Shown piece by piece: positions 27,201-42,078 of a DNA stretch of 64,000 nt. The notes under the pieces were generated by a model that saw only the letters and a list, made by a program, of their open reading frames with translations, did not search any database and was not told the origin of the DNA. The number at the start of each line of letters is the position of its first letter. Positions within the stretch are counted from its first letter, which is position 1. The translations under genes and the position numbers were made by a program. The DNA comes from Eledone cirrhosa. Lineage: Eukaryota. The stretch covers positions 57,040,001 to 57,104,000 of the forward strand of contig OZ024745.1 in NCBI GenBank assembly GCA_964016885.1, read 5' to 3'.

Positions 27201-30200
27201 ACATAAGCGTAATATTTATCAATAATATATCACTATACGACTGTTTTGTTCTTTGTTACTTATTGTTGAATTTATGTTCACGTACGAACATGTTTAATGC
27301 AACATACGAATAAATACTGCACGATTAAGCCTGAGGCTAAATCAGCCAATAGAGGTACGGTTGGATATATGATGTACTTTAAATTACGGTTTGTATTTAA
27401 AGACTAGTGTGCTACTATTCATACAATGCAAGGTATATCATCTACAGGGAGCATCATATACATGAACAGCTTGTACAGTCACGTGACATATAAGTATTCG
27501 TCTATGAAGTGTTTCAAGGTAAATTTATATTCCAGCCAAAAATTCAAAAAGCCGACCGAAAATCCCGTTTTAATTTGCGATACATAAAATTTGGATTAAA
27601 ATAGTTTCGCATGTAATATTAATTAAGATATTCTTTTTCAATAAACGAAAATAATTTGATTTCAAAATACTCAAATGTATTTCTAGAATAAAATTATATA
27701 AACATAATAAAGAAGTTAATATTAGAGTCAAACTTATAAACTAAGAAAGTAGCATTGGAAAAGTGTGTAAATGGCAAATACATTTCCTCGGACAACGGCC
27801 AGTGACACCCGCTTTATCAATCACACACCCCTACAGTGGCTCCTTCCTCAGATGAGCTGCAGTCAATCTGCTTTTAATTTACCAATAACTTTTTAAAAGT
27901 AACTCTGAGGGGCAATGTTACTGCCTAAATTATTTTGGCTTCTTAACAACAATGTCAGGTCACAACGTTTTTATAAGACCTATATATAGAGAAAACAATA
28001 CTATTTTATTCACAGACACAGCAAAAAAAAAGAAGCAAAATGAAATAACAAAATACCATAAAGCTCAAAAGGCAACACAACAGAAACGAAGGAAAATAAG
28101 CAAGATACCTCCCAACCATTAGTTGAACAGCATATATCTGGAAATATCTACGAGCGTTATAAGCTGCCACAATCACTCCACCTCCAAATGTGTTATCTGC
28201 ATCACAATTTTGAGGAAGAAAGTGGAAGGTTGGTGACCGTGGAAGCGGAACGTTTCTTTTGTCACCTACGAAATACATTCTATCTGTTAATGACAGATAT
28301 TTATTCAAGTTGGTTTCGTCAACAATGTGGTTGACAACATGTGTGTTTATAGTCGAAGTGATAGGGAATACCATCTCCTCCCTTCAACGAAGAAAATTAT
28401 ATCCCAATCCTGTTATTTCCCTCACCGGAGCCTAAAAAAAGAGGTTCCATATGTCGCCGACAGGCAAGCAGCATTGAAATTGCTTTCGATTTCATCGTTC
28501 ATAGCGCTGTAGTTGGGGAAATGTCTCACACTATGTCAACAAGAGTGGGAGTGTAATCCGAACGCATCGATATATATAATATTCTGTAAAGATAATATCG
28601 AGTTTTAATGTGTACGAAAATATCCCAATTCAGGCTTTCTTAACTTTGGAATCAGATTAGCGGACAGTCATACCGTTTATCTCAAATGATCTCGTGATAT
28701 AATAGCAAACCTTCGTAAATCAGTAAATGCTATCTTGCAATTTATATTAAGAAAGAACACATAACAGAAAGTGAAACAAAGAAAGAGTAAAGAACACGAA
28801 ACGAAATTATCAGAAAACGGCTACTTCTAGTTGCATGAATTTTTGCATGAAATTTTCTAAGATGAGTATATTTACTATGTATTGATATATATATATATTT
28901 TTTTTTCATAATAGATGCTTTTACCAGAATCCAGATAAAATAAATTCATATAAACCAAGAATCTTGGTTTGGGGAAGGGCATAATGTTTTTATCAAAATA
29001 TATGAAATAAATTAAAGAGTAAAATCATGTGTTATACTGTGTTAACTAAAAAGGTAGGACTGTTAAAAAAATCAATGACTTCAAGAATCAATACAAGAAT
29101 AACAAAGTTGAATACAAAAAGGAAACAGCGATATATGTCTGCAGAGATAAGAAAAATATTCAAGAGGGCGTTGTTAAATTTTTGAATATTTTATCTTTTA
29201 TCGCTATAATTCATTTTAGATCAATTCACTGAAAATAAATATATATCTTCGTTCAATAACAAACTAAAATTATCTAATTCCGTATATCGTTTGAAAGAAA
29301 GAAAAAATACAATTGAAAATCGAAATGGCTTCGTATTGTTTAAATTATGATTTTCTCGATCTAAATTATTCATAATGTGAGTTAAGCTTCAGAAATAAGC
29401 CACAGATAATGTTAGAAAGTGAAAAGTCCAGGTTTTCTTGAATTATCAAGATAATGCATTTCTTCGGAATATCATTTACTATTAAATATGTTCAAACGTT
29501 CTAATTCATTTTCGGAATTACAGTTTGTAGGTTTAGGCATTACATTAAAATAGAATGGGCTAAATTCACTTTACAATTAATATTTATTTCATACCATCAA
29601 CATTTTCATCGCACATTTGTAACTTGGAAACTGGCAGAATTCCACTGATTTATCGATAATAATTATATACAGTAACTTTGAAAAATATGGACTATTAAGA
29701 TTATAATCAGTATTAATATAATTTTGCTAGTTATTATTATTATCGTCATTGGTTTATGCGGACGGGTTCCTATCGGCTTGTGTAAGTTTGTCATTTTCAC
29801 TTACAAAAGCTTTTTCGCCATTTCCTTTGTCACAACCTGTTTATGAGGTACCTGATTTGACCTTCATTGATGTTCACTCCACAATATTTGGGCTTCTGAC
29901 CCAAATATTGTACTTTTTCTTTGAAATACGCCTAAAAATGCTCAAAAATAAATTTGGAGATAAAAACACACCTCCCTTTCCACTTGCCAGAGCACAAAAG
30001 TTTTGCATGAGAAATGTTTGCGTCATTTCAATATTTCAGACGAAGAGCTGAAGATAAAATATGACACCATACTCATTAACACCTACGCCAGTAGGCTAGA
30101 AAATTTATAGATTTCAAAAATTATACGGCACACATAAATGTGCCCCGTGAGGTGTTCGCCGACATCGAAAAGTGCACCATCACCTACAAATATATAGATT

Positions 30201-30911
30201 CACCTCGATCGTATATAGATTGGTCTATTTTTTTTATTATGACAGCAGGTAAGGATAGTAACGGTTGTCATACCTAAGGCTACCACATCATTCGGATAAA
30301 ACAATATTTTAGCAAATCATTGCCACTAGACATGCTGTAAATTGAAGTACGATATGATTACACCAGAATATAATGTTCCGTAATGATCTGGACACATCAC
30401 TTTAACAGAATGAAATATTAAGGGTCGCGAAGCAAGCTGCCTCAATCACATGAAGCAATGTTTTAAGGCCTACTTTAGCATCCTTACTCCTGAGGAACTG
30501 TAGAATATTATATATTCCTTTTCACAGAGAATTTGTGCGGTAATCAAACTATGAATTATGCTTTTCAAATATAACCTTAATACTATACCGTATTGTTGCC
30601 AACATTCCTGTGATATTTAGTTAATGTCCTTTATGTTCAAATACTGCCGATGTAATATTACATTGCTTTCAGAGATAGATTCTATAACTAACAGCCAAGT
30701 ACGAATATTCTATTTGATATTGTTAAGAGGCTTACTGAAGTGGATGAAATTAGAAGTGATTCCATTGAATAATGTTTTCCTAGTATCAGTACATGTGAAT
30801 GATACACTAGAGTGGAAATACCTAGATTGTCTTTGAGCGCAGGTTTTTCAAAGACCTCTGACCTGGTGCAAAGAAATATTTATCCTCTGTCATTTCGCAT
30901 ATCTCGGATTC

Positions 30912-31000
30912 CAGTCTTCTTAAGTTGAGTACATACCCCTATTATATTTATCACACACAGTCTTCTTAAGTTGAGTTCATACCCCTTTTATATTTATCAT
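30912..31000. repeat. Local ~46-bp tandem duplication
   Basis: CAGTCTTCTTAAGTTGAGT(A/T)CATACCCCT.TTATATTTATCA twice. Confidence 0.85.
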
Positions 31001-32411
31001 TAAAATTATTTCCACTGGAAAACCATTTCAAGCAATTTTGAAATAGAATGCTTATCGTGTTTTTCTGTTCTTAAGAAATAAAACGATTTATTTTAAAGAT
31101 ATGAATTCGGAAGAAAGATACACAAGAAAAGTAGATTAAGAAACACACACACGTACTTACACCGATACACACACTGACACAAACACACGCATACACATCC
31201 ACGCATACAAACACATACACAAAATAATACACACTTTTATGTGTCAGGGATACAGAAGGAGAAGGAAAGGAGAGATACGGTTGAGTGGGAAAGAAACAGA
31301 GAAATAGAAACAGAGAGTTGAGGAGAGAAATGGTAAGTGAGAGAAATGCAAGTGAATGGGACCTGTTATATTTATTCTATATTAAAGAATCTTGACACAT
31401 CTTGAACACTGGGTCATATTTACATATTTGTATTCGTTCCTTGATTTTACACGTTGTTTTCGTATTAATTTTGTAGTTTAAATAATCGCATACTAGACAT
31501 TACATATCTATGATTGTAATAGATAATGTGTGTAATTATTGATTATCATATATATATTGATTATCATATATATTTGCTTCAAAGTATGTTATGTCTTCGA
31601 TGTCTCTGCGCTATTAAAAGAAAATAAATAAACAAACACGCCATTTATTAGGGATGTACTTATGTTATAAATGACTAAGTATTTCTGCTTTAAAATAAGG
31701 CTATTCCTTTAATTTTATGAATTTAATATACACATGTAATGGATTATGTGCAAATCATCCCTATAATTTCATAAAATATATATACAATTTATATAGAGAG
31801 AATAGAAGTAAATGAGAGTTTCTATATTTGAACATATTAGTGTATAGTCATGTTTAAATGCAGACACAGATTTATATATTCTTAGTTATTTATATATACA
31901 TATATAACTATATAATTTAATATATGTGTGTTCTTGCTATTTTCCCCCATTTTAACGCGTTATTACTTTCAAATGTACGTTCTGTCTTTCTTTAAATAAA
32001 TCTAACACAATTATATTAAAAACAACTTCAAGCAATTCTTTTATTGTCATTTTTTCCTTATGTTTATCATTCTCATCATACTTCATTTAGTAGTTTACAT
32101 GAACATATTCATCTCTCCATATTTGTTTTGTATAATATCTTCGAATCTTATATCTTCTAAGAATTTTCACAATCATTTTATGGATTAATTTCCTTTTGAA
32201 TTTCCAATCCCATTTTATATATTAGCTTTGGCTGTGTTACTTTTTCATTTCCAATTTTCTTCCATTATCTATTCTCAATTATCTGTTCTCACTCCGCCAT
32301 TCGCTCTTAAACAAATGTTAAAATATGTTCATACATACATACATACATACATACATACATACATACATACATACATACATACATACATACATACATACAT
32401 ACAAACATACA

Positions 32412-32822
32412 TATTGTTGTTTGGGACCACACGTTGAAAACGTGTTCTGTTGTGGAGATCAGCTGCCCACTTGATGTAAACGTTGTCAGAAAAATACAGG
32501 AGAAGGAGGACATCTACGGATCATTGATGAGGAGTTTACAAATCTAGTATCCAAGATACACCTTTAGCTTCATACCCATCATTATTGGAGCTACGGGTTA
32601 TATACCCAGCCGCTTGGACCAAAGTATAACTGAACTTGGATTTGCGGACAAAGGGCGCAGCTCCCTAATTCATAGGCTACAAATGGCTGCGATAGCTGGC
32701 ACCTTCAAAATTTGCAAAACATTCTTGCGATTCAAGAGATGACAATTTCTTTTCTTTTACAACCTTGCCACCAGGAAGGTGGCCGGTCAAAGAATATACT
32801 CAAAATTAAGAGTAAGAGATAA
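32412..32822 (+). mobile_element. R4/Dong-like non-LTR retrotransposon 3' end (restriction-like endonuclease C-terminus), family 1
   Basis: IVVWDHTLKTCSVVEISCP...KEDIY...IPIIIGATG...ICKTFL, then stop; flanked by (TACA)n on both sides. Confidence 0.85.
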
Positions 32823-32838
32823 CATACATACATACATA

Positions 32839-34335
32839 CCCGATTAAGAAAGATTTGGTCATCGGAACTCTCTGCGCAAAACAAAACAGTGGCTCACATT
32901 GTGTTTGATGTGCCTGTCCTAACACCAACAATTGGAATACTCAATTGGACGATAGACGAAATCCGAGTAGTTGATGTTGGAACTCGAAAAATACTAAACC
33001 ACACCGGAAACTTCCACATCAACAGTGACATAGACCGCCTTTACTTGAAACGTAAGCAGGGAGGCAGAGGCCTAACATCAGTCCAAACAGCATTTGAATG
33101 TCGCATCATATCTCTCCGACATCTACGAACCTCGAAGCGTAGGAGCCCGTCTCTCGATCACGTCTATCTGCATGAAACAGATAAGATCATGAGAGTTGGG
33201 AAGGAACTCCTCGAGAGATATTCCGTGTGTTATAATCAAAAACTCACACCCAGGGAAGTCGCTTAGCAGTATCGCAGTGAATCCATGGATGAAAAACTGC
33301 TTATCAGCAAAAAATCATGCATGGATATGTTGCCAGGAAGCTCCAGAGTGAGAGTAATATGGATGAGGAAAGTAGTCTATCTTGGACCAACAACCGCTAT
33401 ATTGGCTCCCAATTTGAAAGATACGATTTTGCAATCCAAGAACAGGAGATTAACACGATATACCTGATTCAGAAAAGAGATAGGGATGCAGGCAAAACAC
33501 CTAGATGTGATAACAAGTGCAGACTCTGCAGAACTAACATCGAAGATATCACCCATGTCATCAGCAGCTGTCCAAAGATGTCATCGCGGTACTATCTACC
33601 TATGAGACATGATGTAGTGGCCAAAACACTGTACAATGCAGTTCATAAAAAGGATAGCCCCGATAATAAACCCATTAAAAGCTACAGCAATGTGGAAGAC
33701 ATCCATGTACATAATATGAAATAGTATGGTGGAATGTTCCAGTAAAAACCCCAATAAAATGCAGACAAAACAGATCAGATATTATGATATGGGACAGGGG
33801 GAAGAAAGCATGCACAGTTGTGGAAATTAGCTGCCCAGAAGATGCCAATATAATATCAAAGATTAGCGAAAAGGAGAATATTTATGCAGAACTCATGAGA
33901 AATCTGCAGATGCTCCACCCTGATTACACCTTCAGATTTATGCCGGTGATTATTGAGGCACTGGGGTATGTTAGTAACTGCCTCAATACAAATCTTGAGA
34001 AGCTAGGCTTCACAGGAACAGAAAGAGCACAACTAGTTAGGAAATTACAAGTACAATCCATTATAGAAGAGTAAAAATATGTAAAACATTCCAAAAATGT
34101 TGCCTCTAATAACTGCATATACACATGTACAGATTATAAGCATATACACATGTACACATACAACTCAAAAGATACACATCCACACATACAATAACATCCA
34201 TATCCACACATGCATGCATACATAATCTACCTAGTTGATGTTGTGTAAATTCCAATGAGAGAGTCTTGTGTCTATGTTAGAAACCGACCCTCTCTCTATT
34301 GGGAAAAAAATTGTGAAACTATAAAACCAGAACAT
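32839..34335 (+). mobile_element. R4/Dong-like non-LTR retrotransposon, 5'-truncated with frameshifts, family 2
   Basis: WT.DEI..VD..TRK...SDIDRLY..RKQGGRGL; MHG; FAIQEQ; CCHC finger CRLC...HVISSC; RHD; RLE motifs DI..W...VEISCP...KENIY. Confidence 0.9.
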
Positions 34336-34917
34336 ACTTATAGTACATACGTATATACATGATGGCTGCAACTTGAATTCCAGTAATGCCATCGTTTAAT
34401 ACTTAAGCATGAGCATAACGGATGTGTCTTCGTAGTCTTGTTAGGACCCCGTCATTGACCAGCAATGCCATTGCAAAAAGATGTCACATATCAAGCGATG
34501 CCTGTGCTTGAGGTTTTTTTTAAGGGAGGAAAGGCTATGGATACTGCCAATCCCTCTCTCTGAACATCGAATGCATTTACCCAAAATGAAGAACTGGTTT
34601 ACATCATTGGATACAAACGACGTCACAGGTTTTATACCAGAGTGAGCTTCTAATAGATAGATGTATTAATAAAGACTTGGAGTCTCTCGCTCCGCAAAAA
34701 AATACTTTATTCGATGGCCGTTGACACTTTTGAGTTCCTCCACCCTTTAACAGGTTTTGTTCTTCATCATTCAGGGTGTCCGAAATCCCTTATTCACCGA
34801 TCAAGCTCTCTGGGGTTGCCGGTTGTACTTGGTTACATGTTACCAGTAGCGCTGACCTCACACACAAACACACACAAACACACACACCCACACACACACA
34901 CACAAACATACACACAC

Positions 34918-34982
<65 letters not shown>

Positions 34983-34987
<5 letters not shown>

Positions 34988-35079
34988 AAGTATGACCCCG
35001 ACGGCAGAACTCAAGTCGTTTCGACGGGTATTTCTGGACTAAAGAAACGGCTTGAGCTCTGCCGTCGGGGTCATACTTT
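34983..35079. mobile_element. Palindromic half-HHR family copy consisting only of two inverted arms
   Basis: AAAGTATGACCCCGACGGCAGAACTCAAGTCGTTTC...GAAACGGCTTGAGCTCTGCCGTCGGGGTCATACTTT in TA context. Confidence 0.85.
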
Positions 35080-36196
35080 ATATATAGTTGCAATTAAGCA
35101 ATTCTGATCCTGTAGAATTTATTTCCATATGAAAGAAAACTTCTTCTTACCTACTATTGTATTGAATACTTTATCTAATTGTAAGTTTTTTTCTGGTCCC
35201 TTTCGGAAAAATATGCAATTATTATATATCCAGTTGAATTAAAATGCATTGAGGTAATATGAAATCTGGCATGTAGTCACCTCAACGAAATAACTATAAT
35301 GATAATCGTCAATCACTTTAAAAATCTAAAGTTGGGTGATGTAGTCTTCAGTGCGGAAATAGTTGGACTAATATTTTTTGTGTGTTAATAAATACAGTAA
35401 TGAATCCCTACCCACTGCTTCTCGTCTTTTAGAAGAGTTTATGCCAGAGATGTATAAACATCTGATTGACATAAATAGTATAGGGATTATTTGAAACTTG
35501 AAACGTAGTCGGCTAACAACTAATAAGTAAAATTGAAAGTTGTATTTGAAAAATATCTACTAAAGTATCCAGATAGACAGAAAATAATGAGAGCATTTGA
35601 GGATCCAAACGAAAAAGTCTTAGAATATTTTTAAATGTGGCAGCCAGTGACCTAGGATGCCTTAACAAATGTTTAACGTACTCATTTAATGCACATCATT
35701 CAAGACATACGACCTTCGATTCCTTGCAGGACTTTATTCCGTACCCAGAAATACTTTACCCAATTTTTCAACTATAATTTACCGTGATCCACGAAACGAA
35801 TTATAATTATCTGCATAAAGGCGACTATATTTTAAACTACATATTTACAAATTCTTCTTAAATCAAGCATAAATACATCAGAGGCACACAGAAAATTGCG
35901 GACAAGATAATTCTCAAAATCTTTTGAGTTGTTTCCGAAAATCGTCCTTACTACTAACGTTTCAAATCCGTGACGGTATTCCACGTGTAGCTTAATTGCT
36001 AGTCGCTCGGCAAAAGACAGCAGCGGTGGTGGACTGGTGGTGTTGATGATAAGGCTTAAGATAGCAGCATGACTTGACCATTATGGAGCACACGACCATA
36101 ATTAAAGAAAATAAACCCCTTATTATTATACTAAGGGATTAGACACATAGTGAGTGAGAAAAAACTAGAGAGAGAGAGAGAGAGAGGGAGATAGAT

Positions 36197-36265
<69 letters not shown>

Positions 36266-39057
36266 ATGTGTGCCAGTGTAAGTATATATGTTTGTGATAT
36301 AGTTGAGTATTTATTACATTTGCTTCTATTCAGACACGGAAATGTCTTTATACTCAAATAATTGCTTAGATAGTCTCTGTTTTCTGGGATTTTTCAACGC
36401 ACTATATTATATAGATAAAGCACACTGCAATTTCCATGCAAAATTCTGCCATGAGTTTTATTATACCTTTCTTGTTTTCAAACATAGGGACGATATTTAT
36501 TATAAGTATTTTTACGCCCTCTACGTTTCTATACACTTATCTATCTAAATTGTATGCGTTTGAGTATTCCGTTAATATATGAAAATCCATTATACAACAA
36601 ACACTTTAGACTAATGCAGTTTCACATACCTGGAAATACTCCCAGTAGATTTATTGGCGTGGAACAATGTGAATTAAATAATAGGTTTTCTTATATAAAT
36701 CAACTACGAAAAATCATTTACCCTCATTAATGCAAGTTGGGCGTAGTGAGAAACGCGTCCATTATCAACCCACAAACACGCAATAACAGGTGCAGATACA
36801 CTTACATGCAACGATACGCACATATTTGCAGGACTCATAGGCCATTTGAAACACAGGTACACACACGAATTCACATATGAAACAACGAACGAGCTCACAG
36901 ATTCAAATACACACCGCAGCTGAAACACAATCACAAGAATAGGTATATAAAATACATAGAAACATACACGTTACACATATAACATATGAAACACATAGGT
37001 AACGTGAAAGTGAAACTCATTTAAGTGCCAACGAACATATATATTCACACAAACACACATAGAAACACATACATAACGGCGATAATTTCAAAACAGACAT
37101 TTACACATACATACATGCAAAGAAAAAGAAGACCAAAAAAAAAGACACAAGAATTATACATCCCCGAACCAAGAAGGAAGCAAATGCGATAGAGAAACTA
37201 GTATAAAGGCTCCCTGCTATCATTTAACCTGTTAAAAGTAAAGACAAATTGCTCCTTCAATTAAACCATTCCATCTTTAACAAAAACTACCAACTAACAC
37301 TAATCCAGACATGTGGAAGGGATTAAACCAAATAATATGTTGATAAGGTATTTCTCCTGTAAAACTAGAGACATGTTCACCCTATATATACATGAATAAA
37401 CGGGGTACAAGATAACATGTATGAAAACCTTTGGAGAAATAACTATTTACAGGGACTAAGTTAAAACACAGGTTATGGTTGGAAACATAATTTTTTTTTT
37501 TATTGTAGCAAGTGAAATGTGATAGGGAAACGAATCTAATGTATGGATGTGTGCGTTTGTAACTATGGAATCGTTACGCCCATTCATACATGCACTCGTA
37601 CACACACGCACACACACACACACGCACATACACACTCGAACCGTTATAGAAATTAATAGGATAGGTGGTGTAAGTGAAATCAAAAGCTGGGTGGAAAACC
37701 TCGATGTAGTCGATAAACGGAGCAAGACAGAACTAGGTATAAATGAGAGCATGTTTGAAGCAATAGATGTTGGGGGAACGGGTTGAACATTAGTACCAGT
37801 ATCCTATCTAGTTATTTAGAAATAAGTGATCGGCATTGCCTCAAATAAACAATGTCGAAACACATTTCTCATTCTCATCGTATAGCTTTTTATCTTTTAC
37901 GAGAAAAACTTTAATGGATACCAGATAACCTACACTGATCAACATATTCGAATAGAATCTTAACCTCTTTTCCTTATAAGTAGAAGCCGATTATTGAAAC
38001 CAGGTTCTGTATTTGCGGTTAAATATGATACATAAGGATCTTGCGCGTTTTATAGCTCAAACGTAGAAACATTGTGAATACATATCTTTAAAAGTCGAAT
38101 TTCTTCTGAATAGATTTTAATGAAAAAATAATATCGTATTGATATATGATCAGAAACTTTTCTCAACGTAAGAAAATTCTATTATAAAATAAGAAGTAGC
38201 ATGAGTAACCGATTTTTAAGGTGGAATAGCTTTTAAATCTGCTGATGAAATACGATGTATCTTTTGCAAATTTGATGTGAAAATCTGTACATGCAATCGG
38301 TAATAAGAATAAATACAAATTAGTTATGAAGGGAAATACAATTATTGCATGCAATAAAAACAAAACAAAAAAAAACGTGACTAATTTACTATGGCTGAAA
38401 TAGATTCAAATATTTAGCATCTGCAGGAATTTCAGATTCTCACACTCTTCTTTTCGAATATATTTTATTTGATGCTTGGAGAAAAACGAAAAAAATCCCA
38501 TTAAATTATACGACTGAAAATTTTAAAAAATAAAAGAAATATAGGTATTTTTGTATTAAGAATGTTTTACATCTAGCATTACATTTCTTTCACTTAAGAA
38601 CTGACATTGAAGTTAAAATGTAACACTTGGTAATTTATTACGAACTAAAAAAATATAATAAACAAATTGAAAAGCAGCAAAAAATGAAACCCTAGAACAT
38701 TTTAAAACGAAGCACATTAATTAGTGTAGGACATGGGGAAGGAAAACTACTCGAGATGAAATTTCCCTGAGTATGTAGATCACTTGACATATCCAAACAC
38801 CAATTTTAGATATTTACGAGTAGTGGGTAATCTATATACGTTATATTACAGTGAGAGCTAGTCCATGATTCATTTTCAATTCATGGATCTTTAATGAAAT
38901 CAAGTATACATGAAATATTGTAGTAGTAATGTAGACTGCTAAACTAAATGTCTCGAATGGGTGGATTAACAGCATGGCAAGCGAAAAAAATAACTATTTA
39001 CATACAATCAGGCAGACATAGACACAACATCACATACACGCACACACTCTCTCACAC

Positions 39058-39176
<119 letters not shown>

Positions 39177-39381
39177 GTTCCAGTACTAATAGCGTGCAAC
39201 TATTGGTAACTAATCTGTAGAGTATGAATTCACCTTTAAATGGTAAGTTAGAATATTTAAGAAATAACTGATGTAATTGCTAAATATCACGCATTTTATT
39301 AGCTTAATTCTTTAGATTTCTCCGTTTCGAAACAATATCGTATTTTTAGCTACATTATTTGCATTTGCCCCTCTCGAATAA

Positions 39382-39585
39382 CGTAATAATTGTTTCTACT
39401 TTTCGCACAAGGCCAAGCATTATCCCATTGTATTACTGGTACTTTATTTTATCGACACCGTAAGGATGGAAGGCAAAGTTAACCTCGGCGGGATTTGAAC
39501 TTAGATTATAAAGGTCCGTAACTCTATGCTGCACATCATGGTGTCCGACCCTCTACCCATACTGCCAATCCACCGGCGTAATAAT
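39382..39585 (-). mobile_element. Full-length tRNA/Deu-Nin SINE with 9-bp TSD
   Basis: TSD CGTAATAAT at 39382-39390 and 39577-39585. Confidence 0.9.
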
Positions 39586-41328
39586 GATATTTAAGTGAAA
39601 CATCTTGGACAATATAAACCCTTACATTAAACAGACAACCAATCTGTCTATTTGACTAGAACTACAGCAGTGTTGTTATCATGATCAACACGATAAACAA
39701 GAAAAACATCTTCATAGCTGCACAATTAAACTTATCGATGATTTACGCATTCATTTATATATATCTTGTCGTGACAATTTCAATATCCCATGTGATAAAA
39801 GAAACCGCGTTAAGGTCAAGACACTTTTCCTAGTGTATAGTGTGCTTGATTCACCATTGTAAATTTAAAGTCGTGTGTTCGATGCAATGATCAGCAATCC
39901 GGTATGTTCTTGAGCATGATCCTTCTTTTTACGAAATAATTCATGTTATGATTGAGTGTTTCTATTATGAAAACACCCAAGATCCCTATAATGAGTGCAA
40001 AGCTCCTAGAAGGTTGGCTAGTCATCCATCAGTCTCAGTGTTAATAAAGTTTATAGCACCTTCATATAACTCTGATCATTTCAGTACACTGTAACAAAAA
40101 AAAAACATGTGCCTTTGCTGCCTTGAGACGAAGGATATTCAAAATTTATCATAATAAATTTTACAGAAATACAACCAAAACCATTTACTGGACGATTATA
40201 ATATGTGCCACGAAGAAGACATTAAAATATTTAACTCGATATTGTAATTATGATAAAAATATCATCGGCCACTCCTTCGTCATAGCAATAAACACGATAA
40301 AATGGCAAGCATTGTAAAAAGAAGAAATAATATAGATAAAATAATAAAACTCGCCGAAAAAAAGCTTCTGAGTAAATGTAAGTAGAAAAGTAATAACCAT
40401 TCCCCGGTAAATAAATATCAGAAATCCACTTTTAGAACAATATTTTATCTATACGTTGTCTATTTAGAAATAAATATTTATAGTAGAAACATAAGCAATA
40501 GTAAATAATGAATATCATTTTTGCCCAGTGACCAATAAATTATGAATGCAACCACAACTTTAACACGAACATGATAGCCCTGATCAGTCGGAAGCTATTA
40601 TTATAACACAATTATCATAAGATATTCAATGAAAGTAACATTTATGCTAGCTATAAACTCCATAAAATTTCACGAAAGAGAAAACAATCAGAAATACTTT
40701 CCCTCAAGAAACACTTGAATACCTGTGCACAAATCATTAATATGACAACGTAATTGTAAATAAACTAACCAAATACGTATTGCGTAATTTTAACGTACTA
40801 CAATGTGGTATTTGAATATATAAGACTGAAAAATACAGAAATCTTTAAACTATAGAAATCGAAAAACAATTTCTATAAATCCTTAGATAGAATCGACATT
40901 CATTGCTTCAATAACTCTCAAAATGCAGAGGAAGTTTAGATCAAAGAAAATGCTATGCAAAACACCTTTGATGAATAACATTTGAAAAAAAAAAAATTGA
41001 AATTTGAAATGTAAACGTGCCTATGCAGATATTACCATCGAAATCATTTCTGATAATGTCGGATAAAATGGCTCCTACTGACGAAAAACAATTTACAGAG
41101 GGCTTCTGCTAAACTCATCTAATCTAGTGCGTTCCCGTTTCCAGGGTTATTCTACTCGATGTACTCACCGATATTTTATAGTGATCGGGATGTATTCTCC
41201 GATAATTAAAATAAATACAAAATTGCAATATATATAACAAGTATAAAATGTCATATCATTAACCCTACGAACCGATATATTCATTTCTTATACTTATACA
41301 ATATCCTGTTTTGAACGATTCAAATATC

Positions 41329-41541
41329 ATTATTATACCAGGAGGCGGTAAATTGGCAGTATCGGTAAAGAGTCGGACGCCATGCTTTGACGCATAGAGT
41401 TACGGCCCTTGCCAATCTGAGTTCAAATCCCGCCGAGGTTAACTTGGCTTTTCATCCTTACGGGGTCGATAAAATAAAGTACCAGTAATGCACTGGTGAA
41501 TTGCTGGCCTTGTACCAAAACGTAGAAACAATTATTATACC
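41329..41541 (+). mobile_element. Full-length tRNA/Deu-Nin SINE with 11-bp TSD
   Basis: A box TGGCAGTATCGG, B box GAGTTCAAATCC, core CTTTTCATCCTTACGGGGTCGATAAAATAAAGTACCAG; TSD ATTATTATACC. Confidence 0.9.
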
Positions 41542-41877
41542 GAGAATATTATATGTGGTAACATCTTCCTTAGTACACAACATTTATATAAATCCACAAG
41601 AAAGCCAGGGAAGAAGGCGCAAATGACGTTGAATGAAACTAAACTAGCAATTCTGAGTATATTGAGTTATCTCAGATTAACTACAGAAACAAAGTTGTGA
41701 AGAAAGAAAGTAATGTATTATCCATGTTGCAAAGGCATATGATATATTTGTAATTAAAAACGCTGAGAACTAGCATGAAAATCTTAATATCAACGGAATA
41801 CATGACCAGGTTTATGCATACACGTAGTCACACATATATGCCCATAATTTATAAATATATATATATATATATATATA

Positions 41878-42078
41878 TTAAAGAAAGTGTGGTAAAAAAC
41901 TATGTGGTCCATAACGCTCCAGAATACTCGATACTTAGGGGAGTAGAGTGGGTAATAGGAAAAGAGTCAGGACCCCGACGGTTGAGCTCCGGCCATTCCG
42001 ACAGCTAGATCAGAACTATTCGGATCTAGCTATTGAAACGGCCGGAGGTCAACTGTCGGGATCCTGACTCTTTTCTTA
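41878..42078 (-). mobile_element. Palindromic half-HHR family copy (same subfamily as 16903)
   Basis: Shared tail plus inverted arms around AGCTAGATC...GATCTAGCT. Confidence 0.8.

Noticed and set aside
28006-28374. 122-aa minus-strand ORF with a possible splice donor near 28106
   Set aside because: No recognisable domain, and its phase is not compatible with the downstream candidate exons.
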